Below, piece by piece: positions 1 through 8,900 of a stretch of DNA of 20,273 bases. The stretch is taken from the NCBI GenBank assembly GCA_036339875.1, contig JAYZAC010000026.1, forward strand, positions 1 to 20,273, written 5' to 3'. A program made the position numbers and the translations under genes. This DNA is from a bacterium (GTDB lineage Bacteria > Muiribacteriota > UBA6191). How positions within the stretch are numbered: position 1 is the stretch's first letter; each line of letters begins with the position of its first letter. The notes beneath the pieces were generated by a model. It was not told where the DNA came from. It ran no database searches and saw only the letters and a list, made by a program, of their open reading frames with translations.

Positions 1-501
1 AAAATTTTCAAAAATCTGCTCTATTCGACTTTTAATGCTAAGATCTTTCAGAGCATTATGAGTTTTAGTAGAATCCCACTCTATTAAGCTTTCTGGAAGA
101 CCCATGGAGATTAAACTTTGATTGAATCCCCGTTTCAAAATTCTTGAATTAGCCAAAAGTCCAATCCAGTAGCTGGCTAGCCTATTCCATTCAAATTCAT
201 CTTGATTAATAAACTCTTGTTTAAGTATCAGAGCACAAAATTGACGTTTATCCGTTTCAAAAACTAATTCATAAATGTCAACTTCAGCATCCAGCTTTAT
301 GTAAATATCTATACCAGTTTCAATGGTACCAAGAAACTTACAGTAAGCTTGTCCAATAGCCTCAAAATTTGATTCATCTAAATAGACATTGTTATTTGCT
401 AACTGACTCTTATCAAACATGAAACAAGCATAAGCTTCTGCAGACTCCCTTAATGATCTCAACAGTGAGTTTTTATTGTGTAAATCCAAAAATTTAATCA
501 T
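1..501 (-). CDS. Hypothetical protein, N-terminal part (runs off the left edge)
   Basis: Not in the ORF track. Manual translation from ATG at 501 gives 167 stop-free codons to base 1 (MIKFLDLHNKNSLLRSLRESAEAYACFMFD...KSRIEQIFENF). No motif recognised. Confidence 0.75.
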   Translation of the reverse strand, partial: MIKFLDLHNKNSLLRSLRESAEAYACFMFDKSQLANNNVYLDESNFEAIGQAYCKFLGTIETGIDIYIKLDAEVDIYELVFETDKRQFCALILKQEFINQDEFEWNRLASYWIGLLANSRILKRGFNQSLISMGLPESLIEWDSTKTHNALKDLSIKSRIEQIFENF

Positions 502-580
502 CAAGCAAACTTTAAATATTAACCACGAAATCTATGAGTGTAATGTAATATTTATCTAACACTTTTTGCATCGTTAATTT

Positions 581-609
581 TTGCCGATGTCTATTAATAG
601 TAATAGGCT
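581..609 (+). promoter_or_regulatory. Possible sigma70 promoter for the HEAT-repeat gene
   Basis: TTGCCG (581-586), 17 bp spacer, TAGGCT (604-609). Weak match in AT-rich DNA. Confidence 0.25.
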
Positions 610-645
610 ATCAAAAGTCATTAAATTGATACCAGTAAGTGACTT

Positions 646-1695
646 ATGCAACTCTCTGATGTAAAAAAAGAAAAAGATGAAGTAAAACGGGCTAGGCTTC
701 TCAAACAATACTGTCGATCACCTAAATTTGATCACGAGGGCCTCAAACGATATCTAGAGCGTGAATTTAAGCTAACACAATCTAATCAATGGCGAATGAG
801 TTGTAAGAAATGGCTTTCGTGGATAGTAAACCAGCAAGTAATACAAAAACAAACCTTTGATAAAGATAAATTCCTTGAAACTCTGGCAGATAATTTACCA
901 ATCGAGAGAAAAGTCCAACTAGTAAATCAAGGACTCAAACATATAAAAGCTGAAGATGAAGATGTTATGCTCTTTTTTGAGTTTAATCTGGGAACCGATG
1001 ACCCTCGAGAGAGAGTACTCTACCGCAAAGTGTTAACATATTTTGAAAAGAAAGGTTTTTGGTATCCAAGATATAAAAATGATTTACCGATAAATCAATC
1101 AATCACATTCGAATCTTTTGTAGGCGCTCCGAGAGAAGCTAGACTCCACTGGTTAGACTCTGCTGTAAATAATCCTATGCAAAAGAAGGATATTAGTGAG
1201 TGGGGTATGACCGCACTAACTTTTGAACCAGACTCTTTCATTGTTTCAAAAATGGTAAAAGTAATAGCAGAAATCTTTACATCCACCAAACTATACTACG
1301 GAAGACTTGTGGATATTCTTTTAATTTACTCCAAAGACAAGGACTCTAGAGTAAGATCTAATACGCTCGAAGCTTTGGCAATTATCATGCGTAAAAAAGT
1401 TGCGGTCAAACGTATAGAAAATAGAATGCTGGAAGCAATGAACGACAAAGATCAGCGAGTTAAAACGACGGCCTTCCTGCAAATGTTTCACCTACAACCA
1501 GATGAAACTCTCAAAAAAATTGAAGAAGTTGTTGGAGACACTCAAAATAAGGATGATTTAGAAAGTCTGAGATGGCTGATCGAGCAGGCCTTAGATTTAG
1601 ACAATCGCTTTCAATCTATACTTGAATTATGTGATAAACGCCTGCAAGAAATCGCTATATTTTTTCCCGACGACGAGCTTGATTGGATACGCTAA
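646..1695 (+). CDS. HEAT-repeat (alpha-solenoid) protein
   Basis: 349-aa ORF. The C-terminal half has HEAT-type units such as SKDKDSRVRSNTLEALA and MNDKDQRVKTTAFLQM. No signal peptide seen. Confidence 0.75.
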   Translation: MQLSDVKKEKDEVKRARLLKQYCRSPKFDHEGLKRYLEREFKLTQSNQWRMSCKKWLSWIVNQQVIQKQTFDKDKFLETLADNLPIERKVQLVNQGLKHIKAEDEDVMLFFEFNLGTDDPRERVLYRKVLTYFEKKGFWYPRYKNDLPINQSITFESFVGAPREARLHWLDSAVNNPMQKKDISEWGMTALTFEPDSFIVSKMVKVIAEIFTSTKLYYGRLVDILLIYSKDKDSRVRSNTLEALAIIMRKKVAVKRIENRMLEAMNDKDQRVKTTAFLQMFHLQPDETLKKIEEVVGDTQNKDDLESLRWLIEQALDLDNRFQSILELCDKRLQEIAIFFPDDELDWIR

Positions 1696-1706
1696 ACTAA
1701 GCACAA

Positions 1707-1735
1707 TTGACTTAATAGTCTATCATCAATATCTT
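1707..1735 (+). promoter_or_regulatory. sigma70-type promoter for the CBM20-esterase gene
   Basis: TTGACT (1707-1712), 17 bp spacer, TATCTT (1730-1735), in the intergenic gap 38 bp before the ATG at 1774. Confidence 0.6.
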
Positions 1736-1773
1736 AGTTTACTCATCTTTCAAAACTAGGATTGGAGCAGACA

Positions 1774-2952
1774 ATGAGTCGTGGCCGAAAAGTTCAATTA
1801 CGCGTTATAACCCCAAACTATATACCAGGACCATTTTATATTTGCGGGAACCTAAGACAGCTTGGCGAATGGACTAATCATCTCAAACTTAAACCTTATG
1901 CGGAAGATGAATATCATATTGAAGTTCATCTAACTCAAGAAGAAATTCAAAATTTAGAATTTAAATTCACATGTGGCAGTTTTGACTCTGTGGAAGTCGA
2001 TAGCAACTGGCAAGATATTGAAAATCGACAAATCGATCAACACAATTTCAGAAAGCGGACTATGAAATTCCACATAGAAAACATGAAAGGCTACAAGCAT
2101 GGGTCTTTTCAAACCTCTCATGAGGCATGTCAAAACCTTGGTCAATTTTACTCAGAAATTCTTGGTAATTCTAGAAACTTAAATATAGTCTATCCCCCCT
2201 CTTATACTACTCGTAAAAATAAAAAATATCCGATTCTTTACCTACACGATGGAAACAACATGTTTGATAGTAGTACATCATACGGAGGAGTTGAATGGGC
2301 ATTTGATAAGGTTGCTTGGCACCTAATGGAATCAAAATTAATTAATGAACTTATTCTGGTCGGAATTAGTAATACCGCTGATCGAGAAGCTGAATATACC
2401 CCTACAAAGGTACGAGGAAAAGGGGGACTTGGACCAAAATATCTCGATTGTCTTGTAAATGAAATTATGCCTTTCATTGAGGATAATCTCCCGGTAGAAA
2501 CAAAGTCTCGCGGTCTACTCGGCTCATCTTACGGAGGCTTAATTACTCTTCTGGCCGCTAAATATAAACCGAATATCTTTTCAAGATATGGCATCATTTC
2601 TCCGTGTCTATACTGGGATAATGAATGGATGATCAAAAACTTTGAACCCAGCGTATTAGAAAATTGTCGAACTTGGATGGACATAGGATCAAGAGAGTTT
2701 GGAGCACCCAACAAATCAGGAGGTCGGGACTATGTTAATAGAGTTCACAAATTGCATAAAAAAATAAAATCTATAGATAATTTGGAGTATGCTTTCTACG
2801 AAGACCCAGACGCAGTTCATAACGAAATGTCGTGGAATAGACGAGTGCATCTTCCTCTCCTTTTTTTATACGGAAAAAAACCACAAAACTGGAAAAACTA
2901 CATCAATTGGCGCAAAGACGTACTATGTACTTGGATTAAAGGAACAAAATAA
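1774..2952 (+). CDS. CBM20 starch-binding domain fused to an alpha/beta-hydrolase (putative esterase)
   Basis: N-terminus is CBM20-like (FYICGNLRQLGEW; LEFKFTCGS; E...ENR). C-terminus has YPILYLHDGNN, nucleophile elbow GSSYGG, MDIGSRE and the His motif HNEMSW. ATG 1774 is preferred to TTG 1762 because GGAG lies at 1764-1767. Confidence 0.85.
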   Translation: MSRGRKVQLRVITPNYIPGPFYICGNLRQLGEWTNHLKLKPYAEDEYHIEVHLTQEEIQNLEFKFTCGSFDSVEVDSNWQDIENRQIDQHNFRKRTMKFHIENMKGYKHGSFQTSHEACQNLGQFYSEILGNSRNLNIVYPPSYTTRKNKKYPILYLHDGNNMFDSSTSYGGVEWAFDKVAWHLMESKLINELILVGISNTADREAEYTPTKVRGKGGLGPKYLDCLVNEIMPFIEDNLPVETKSRGLLGSSYGGLITLLAAKYKPNIFSRYGIISPCLYWDNEWMIKNFEPSVLENCRTWMDIGSREFGAPNKSGGRDYVNRVHKLHKKIKSIDNLEYAFYEDPDAVHNEMSWNRRVHLPLLFLYGKKPQNWKNYINWRKDVLCTWIKGTK

Positions 2953-2957
2953 TAGAG

Positions 2958-2985
2958 AAAAAGCCACCCCGTTTAGAGATGGCTT
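2958..2985 (-). terminator. Rho-independent terminator for the 3012-3575 gene (possibly bidirectional)
   Basis: Minus strand reads AAGCCATCTC-TAAAC-GGGGTGGCTT-TTT: a 10-bp stem with two G-U pairs running into a U tract, between convergent genes. Confidence 0.8.
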
Positions 2986-3011
2986 AATGTGAACAGAATT
3001 TAATATATCGC

Positions 3012-3575
3012 CTATATTAAATCCTCATATAATCTGTTGAAACGTGCTCGTCGAGATCGCGAAAAATATGAATCCTGAGAGGGCATCAACCAAATAAGAG
3101 CGGGCACATTTCTGGATCTATCAAAAAACAAAATAATGTCCTTGTCCAATTCAACTGTTTGAAATTCCTTGCTCTTTAAGATTGATTCACCAACCAAAAT
3201 TAACCCATTATCTTTTCGCAAAAAAACTTCTACTATTTGCTGTTTGTCGATAGTCTTAACCTCTGAATGAAAATCATCTGAAGGTAAACTAAACAAATAT
3301 TGAATCATATCGCACCAGCCATCACCTTCAATATTCAAACATACTCGCCCCTCAACCTTAAGAAAAGGGTGCCATTCGCCATCAATTACAAATGAAACGC
3401 GGTCCACAAAATCAATTTTGAAGTTATCATTCTGATCTTCAGCTCTAATAACCATATTATTAGAAAGGTCTGCAACTGGAAAGTATACTTCCCTATGATA
3501 AGCCTCTGGCTCTAAATCCTGAGCGTAACTGTAAGTTAGTAAAAAAAGGCAAACAATACTACGAAAAATTAACAT
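3012..3575 (-). CDS. Secreted hypothetical protein
   Basis: Strong RBS AGGAGG (3586-3581) 5 nt before ATG 3575. Sec signal peptide MLIFRSIVCLFLLTYSYA-Q. Has its own terminator. One C-x8-C pair in the mature part. Confidence 0.85.
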   Translation of the reverse strand: MLIFRSIVCLFLLTYSYAQDLEPEAYHREVYFPVADLSNNMVIRAEDQNDNFKIDFVDRVSFVIDGEWHPFLKVEGRVCLNIEGDGWCDMIQYLFSLPSDDFHSEVKTIDKQQIVEVFLRKDNGLILVGESILKSKEFQTVELDKDIILFFDRSRNVPALIWLMPSQDSYFSRSRRARFNRLYEDLI

Positions 3576-3645
3576 CACTACCTCCTTTAAAGTTTTTGAT
3601 AATTTATCTATACCTTATGAAAACAAGATTTAAGATTTACTCCTC

Positions 3646-3661
3646 TGAAAAAAGCATGCCT
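3646..3661 (-). promoter_or_regulatory. sigma54-like -24/-12 element with variant -12 (TTTC)
   Basis: Minus strand AGGCATGCTTTTTTCA = GG-N10-TC versus consensus TGGCAC-N5-TTGCW; about 70 nt before the start codon. Confidence 0.4.
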
Positions 3662-3701
3662 GAATAATCTTTGCTTATTGACCTAAAAGAACGATACAAA
3701 G

Positions 3702-3733
3702 TTTCAAGTTGAACTCAGTGTTTCAAATTGATA
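3702..3733. promoter_or_regulatory. Tandem palindromic operator/enhancer-like sites
   Basis: TTTCAAGTTGAAC (3702-3714) and TTTCAAATTGATA (3721-3733), 19 bp apart. The same motif occurs at 5902-5914. Confidence 0.5.
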
Positions 3734-3780
3734 ATCAGAAACCACAATCTCCAAGCAAAAAAAATTTTAACTTAAAATAG

Positions 3781-3805
3781 AAAAAAGCCGCCCAATAGGA
3801 CGGCT
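3781..3805 (-). terminator. Rho-independent terminator after tRNA-Asn
   Basis: Minus strand AGCCGTCC-TATT-GGGCGGCT followed by TTTTT, starting 5 nt after the tRNA discriminator. Confidence 0.9.
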
Positions 3806-3810
3806 AAATA

Positions 3811-3883
3811 CTCCCCGTGTAGGACTCGAACCTACGACACATCGGTTAACAGCCGATTGCTCTACCAGCTGAGCTAACAGGGA
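3811..3883 (-). tRNA. tRNA-Asn (anticodon GTT), CCA not encoded
   Basis: TCCCTGT TA GCTC AGCTGGTA GAGC A ATCGG CTGTTAA CCGAT GTGTC GTAGG TTCGAGT CCTAC ACGGGGA G: complete 73-nt cloverleaf, U1-A72, discriminator G. Confidence 0.98.
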
Positions 3884-3904
3884 TCAAACTTACTTCGGAG
3901 TAAG

Positions 3905-3940
3905 TGACGCGAGTATAGCAAAAACTACAAACCTTGAGAA
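3905..3940 (-). promoter_or_regulatory. tRNA promoter: extended -10 with GC-rich discriminator
   Basis: Minus strand TG-C-TATACT (3920-3912) followed by CGCGTC; weak -35 TTCTCA at 17 bp spacing. Confidence 0.65.
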
Positions 3941-3993
3941 GCAGTTTTGATGATTAAATAAAACTAATTCAGAGTTTATATTTCTACCTTATA

Positions 3994-5826
3994 CTAGTTC
4001 GATCCAAGCAAATTAAGAATCTTGTTAGAACGCTCAACAAAACTCGCCATTTTCTTTCCATCAAACTGCTTCTGAGATAGCAATGCTAAATCATAAAGAT
4101 GCTGACAGATTAAACTAGTCTCCTCATATTTAAGACCTTTGTGCATCTCCACCAACTTTGAAACCACTGGATTCTGGGCATTAACCACAAATGTGTGCTC
4201 TTCGATGAATCCAAGATTCTCAGGTTGCGAAACTGCACTCATTTCTCTAAAACGACGAATGTGTTCTGGCAGCAAAATCATGCCAGATACATCCTCCGAT
4301 TTTAAATTTTCTACTCTGACAGTTATCTTTTCGTTATTTAACGCACCTATGAAAACCTCACGAATTGAATCTTCACGAGTCTTATTTTCCTGATCAACAA
4401 TTTTACTGTCTTTTTCTTTATCAATGAAAACCTCGTCCAATTCCGAATCAATGCGAGCAAACTTTACATCTGGATTTTTCATTTCTAGAGTCTGCACGTA
4501 ATGGGAATCCAAAGTATCGTCCATCAACAGAACTTCAATATCCTGATCCTTAAATAACTCCAAGTAAGAATGTTGCTCTTCAAAGTTGGACACATAATAG
4601 ACTTTGTTCTCATGTTTATCCTTGTTACGTTCTAAATATTCTTTTAGAGTCGAGAACTTATCTTCTTTTGTTGACTTGAAAATTACATACTCTTCCATCC
4701 GATCATAAAACTTATCATCTTGTAGACATCCAAATTTTACGAAAGGATTAATATCTTCCCAATATCCTTCATAGGCCTCACGATCCTTTTTGAAAATTTC
4801 TTTCATCTTATCAGCGATTTTCTTAACCATGTGTTGGGCTATTTTCTTTACTCTGGGATCACCCTGGAGTGAACTTCTTGAAACATTTAATGGGATATCA
4901 GGACAATCAATAAAACCTTGCAACATAAATAGATATGAGGGAAATAGATCTTCGATAGAATCACTTACAAAAACGTTATTGCAGTAAAGCTTTATTCGAC
5001 CCTTGAAAGAGTCAAAATTTTGCCGAACCTTTTGAAAATACAAAATTCCTCTGACTTGAAATGGAGTATCAATCTTAAAATGAAGATTAAATAATGGTTT
5101 CTCTTGCATAGGAAAAGAATGGTTAAATAATTCATCATAATCTTTATCTTCTAACTCATTGGGATTCTGATTCCAGATTGGTTTTTGGTTATTAATAATT
5201 TCACCATTTACCATTATAGGTACTGGTAAGAACGCTGAATGCCTACGAATCACAGTAGACAATTCTGCTGGATTAATAAATTCTTGAGATTCTTCATTGA
5301 TATGCAGAATTATTTCGGTACCATGATGCTCGATGCCATCAATTTCTTTGAGTGTATAGTCTGTGGTTCCATTACAAACCCAATGAACAGGTTTTGACTC
5401 ATCTCTAAAGGAGAGTGTCTTTATTTCTACCTTATCTGCGACCATGAATGAAGAGTAAAAACCTAACCCAAAGTGGCCGATCATACGTGACGATTCATCA
5501 CCTGCTTGATACTTTTCAAAGAATTCGGTTGCCCCTGAAAAAGCTAATTGAGTAATGTATTTCTTAACTTCTTCAGCTGTCATTCCAACACCATTATCTT
5601 TTATATGGATAGTTTTGTTAGTTTCATTAACTGCAACCTCAATCTTATACTCGACGTCCTTCTGAGAAGACTCACCCGTCAATACAAAGTGTTCATGTTT
5701 GGTTATCGCATCTACCGCATTACTAACAAGCTCTCTTAAAAATATATCATGTTCGGAATAAAGCCATTTTTTGATGATTGGAAGCATATCCTCCGCTGTA
5801 ACTGAAATTTTTCCTTCTTCTTGCAT
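3994..5826 (-). CDS. htpG: Molecular chaperone HtpG (Hsp90)
   Basis: LYSEHDIFLRELVSNAVDA, DNGVGM, IGHFGLGFYSSFMVA, DIPLNVSRSSLQ. Likely start is ATG 5826 (MQEEGKISV) with AGGAG at 5838-5834, giving 610 aa. Confidence 0.98.
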   Translation of the reverse strand: MQEEGKISVTAEDMLPIIKKWLYSEHDIFLRELVSNAVDAITKHEHFVLTGESSQKDVEYKIEVAVNETNKTIHIKDNGVGMTAEEVKKYITQLAFSGATEFFEKYQAGDESSRMIGHFGLGFYSSFMVADKVEIKTLSFRDESKPVHWVCNGTTDYTLKEIDGIEHHGTEIILHINEESQEFINPAELSTVIRRHSAFLPVPIMVNGEIINNQKPIWNQNPNELEDKDYDELFNHSFPMQEKPLFNLHFKIDTPFQVRGILYFQKVRQNFDSFKGRIKLYCNNVFVSDSIEDLFPSYLFMLQGFIDCPDIPLNVSRSSLQGDPRVKKIAQHMVKKIADKMKEIFKKDREAYEGYWEDINPFVKFGCLQDDKFYDRMEEYVIFKSTKEDKFSTLKEYLERNKDKHENKVYYVSNFEEQHSYLELFKDQDIEVLLMDDTLDSHYVQTLEMKNPDVKFARIDSELDEVFIDKEKDSKIVDQENKTREDSIREVFIGALNNEKITVRVENLKSEDVSGMILLPEHIRRFREMSAVSQPENLGFIEEHTFVVNAQNPVVSKLVEMHKGLKYEETSLICQHLYDLALLSQKQFDGKKMASFVERSNKILNLLGSN

Positions 5827-5876
5827 ATCTCTGCTCCTGTAATCTGATTTATAGATCTGAAAGATCACAATCAAAT

Positions 5877-5893
5877 AGAAAACAATGTGCCAA
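5877..5893 (-). promoter_or_regulatory. sigma54-like -24/-12 element upstream of htpG, variant -12 (TTTC)
   Basis: Minus strand TTGGCACATTGTTTTCT: perfect TGGCAC -24 box, GG-N10-TC; about 50 nt before the ATG. Confidence 0.5.
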
Positions 5894-5901
5894 AGTAAAA
5901 A

Positions 5902-5914
5902 TTTCAATTTGAAA
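5902..5914. promoter_or_regulatory. Perfect palindrome TTTCAA-T-TTGAAA upstream of htpG
   Basis: 6-1-6 inverted repeat. The minus-strand 12-mer GTTTCAAATTGA (5915-5904) is identical to 3720-3731 on the plus strand. Confidence 0.5.
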
Positions 5915-5956
5915 CTGATAACCAGTAATCCCTACCAGAATTTTACATTGATAAGA

Positions 5957-8900
5957 TTAAAATTTGAGTCTCCGCTCAAATCCGAACTGGAAATCTTTTT
6001 CGATATCTCCTTGAAATAAATCGAAAGGTCTATCTACCGTTTGCTCACGTTTAAAAATCAGACCTAATTCTTCATCTAACTTAAGCTCAAGGCGAGTTTG
6101 TTTTTTGCTTCCAAATTCTCTATTTTCCTGCTCGTGTGTGAGAATTATATCCTTAGATAGGCGAGTTCCCATTCTGAATCGACCCAAACCGTTCTGATTG
6201 CCTAAGAAATTTGGCTCCAAACTAACTTCTTGAAAATCAAATAGAGAACCCAACAAATTTTCGAACGGACGGCCCAAGACTTGGTCTTCAAGTGTCGCAG
6301 AAATTTGTCCCGACAACAACTGCTCATCATCTTGGTCTCCCACCCTAAAAGAATTTGTACCATCAGCATCTCTTGATACAGCGACAGCCATATTACTGCT
6401 ACCAATACCTCGCGAAGCTAATAATTTTAAAACATCATTCTTTCCTAAATTCTCATCATCCGAATTTAATGAGTAATCCATTGTCTCCAATGGACCATTT
6501 AGAGCTAAAAAAACTTTACGTTTACCGACCTCTGTTACAGCTCTTAAATTTAACCGCGTATCAAAGGTTTTATCGCCTTCATACCAAGCCAACTTTCCAG
6601 TCATTGCAGATTCATTCGTGTAGTCTCTCTCCCACATGGTCTGCAATTTGTCGGTCACACTTTGCAGTTGAAAGTCACCTGAACTCCAAACAGGTGTACT
6701 CTCTCGAAGCTCATAAGGAGAAGGTGATAGTTTAATTTTTTGTTCTCTGGGAATGAACCGTATCATAGAACCTGAATCGATTTTAAAGTGATTTCTAGCT
6801 AGCTCCAAAGAGCCCTCACGTACTCCTATATATCCCTTGAGATAGGTTTTTTTTGGCCTTATTTTGATATGCATATTGGGCTCTACGTTCATCTTAAAGA
6901 ATTCTGCTTGCAACATTACGTTTTCAGGTTGTTTGATTTTTAAATCAAAGTCATAATGTGGGAAAAAAGGTATTCTTAAAGGAGATGAGTCTCTCTCTAT
7001 CCAGCGCATTAAATCTTCATAGAAAATAACTGCCTTTGCTGCAGAAATTGAAGCCGAAGCTTGCAATTGGCCACCTGAACCGTTAACTAATACCTCACTT
7101 AATCGAGCTTCACTTAAATCCATAAACCAACGATCAAATCTTGATTGAGCGACATCTCCCTTTAAAAAAAACTTAAAACCCTCTAATGGGTAAATCTCGC
7201 CACTTAAATGAAATATCATTTCTCCAAGACGGCCTTGCATTTGATTAACTTTTACATAACTTTCTACAAAATCAAGATCCAACTTACCACTTTGCAAATG
7301 TAAAGAATTTGAAATAGAAGGCACTTTGAAGCTAACTATATCTAAGTTACCTTTTCCATTCATTAATGGCTCCTCAACACTACCACTTAATTGAACATCT
7401 AATTCAAATGAACCATCAATTTCCGCATCGAAGTTTGGGAGAAGGTCTTTAAACACAGCTATAGGTGTTTCGGGTATCTGTAACTTCATATTCATCAAAC
7501 CGCCTTCTATAGCTTCAAATTTCCATTCTTTAGCTGCAAGACGAAGTGGTAGTTGACCATCTATTGAAAATCTCCCATCTTGTTTTATTAATTTAATGTT
7601 ACGTGCTCTAAGTCCCTTGGAATCAGACGAAAGTTCTCCACTAATTTTTTCCAAGTATGTATCTTTCCCATGAACGTCAACGTAAATAGGCGCTGCGTTG
7701 AATGACATTTTATAATTAGGGTCTTGATCTAAGTTGTTAACTTCTAAATCCATATCGAGAGTCCCATGAAACGGTAGAAGATAAGAATCTAAACTGAATT
7801 CTTTCAACAAGGAAAGTCTAAATTGATTCAATTTTAGCCTGAGATTATTTTTCTCAAATTTGAGATTCGCTAATTTATTCTCAAAATTGTTCAGGCCATC
7901 TTTTACCCAAACCTCGACAGAACCAGATAAAAATTGCGACTTATTCAATTTAACTGGAAGATCACTTCGAAAGTCTAAACGATTTTGATCACCAGTTAAT
8001 GATAGAGTTTTAGGTTTTAATCTAATGATCTGACTTGATTGATCATATGTGCCTGATAAATCAACAGCACCCTTGGAGAATCTCAATTTATTCAAATAAG
8101 GCAGCTTAGAAAAACGCTCTAGACGACTTTCCTTAATCTCGAATCTCAAATCACCGAGAACATCAATTAGGTCTAAATTAGCTTTTGAGTGAACAAAATC
8201 GAATAATCTATGGTTACCATGAGCAAATGTATATAAGCTATGATCTTTGAGTTTCCACTGAAATTTATTTTTCTTCAGGTATATTTCTAGAAACGAATCT
8301 TGAAGAGGAACATTATTCAATTTCAAATCACCAGAATTAGCAGTTAATTTAATTGTCAATTCAGGCTCAAAATCGACTTTAAGGTTACCTTTTACTAATC
8401 CGCTCAATGGGAAATCGGGAATCCGTTGCTTAAAGTAGGCTAAATCAAATTTGTTAGCCTCCAAGATAATCCCACCCTTTTTTTTCAGAAAATCCATCTC
8501 AAAATCAAAATGTCCATCACTCATAGGTAGTTTCATGTGCCAAGTCCACAAATTGCGATCACTCTTCTTATTGTAATTAAAATGCAGACTTTCGATTGGT
8601 AAACCAGCTACTTCAATTTCGAAAAAGTCTCCTGATGCACTCAAAACGTAATCTCTCTCTGAGAAACGTATTTCTCCCCCAAACATTACGTCAGCACGCC
8701 CTTTGACCCCTAATGTCTTTGAGCGCCTCTTTAAGGGTTCTATATCTCTTATATTTACGCCATCACATGTCATTGAAAAGGTGAGTTTTTCGCGATCTAA
8801 AAAACCACGAACTTTATCCACAAAAGCACCCATATACGATCCTCCTCGTGACTCAAAAGTCAGCTCCAGATCGTCTGCAAAAATATCAGCACTTATGGGC

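Noticed and set aside
3811..3830. tRNA-Asn 3' end as an integration (att) site
   Set aside because: No integrase in the window. The only repeat I noticed is the 8-mer ctccccgt at 12639-12646 inside a CDS, which is expected by chance.
5827..5907. 27-aa N-terminal extension of HtpG in the ORF track (looks hydrophobic)
   Set aside because: Hsp90 similarity begins at MQEEGKISV, which has an AGGAG RBS; the extension overlaps the promoter-like motifs.
5880..5910. RpoH promoter or CIRCE for htpG
   Set aside because: TTGAAA is present, but there is no CCCCAT-like -10 at the right spacing and no TTAGCACTC-N9-GAGTGCTAA.
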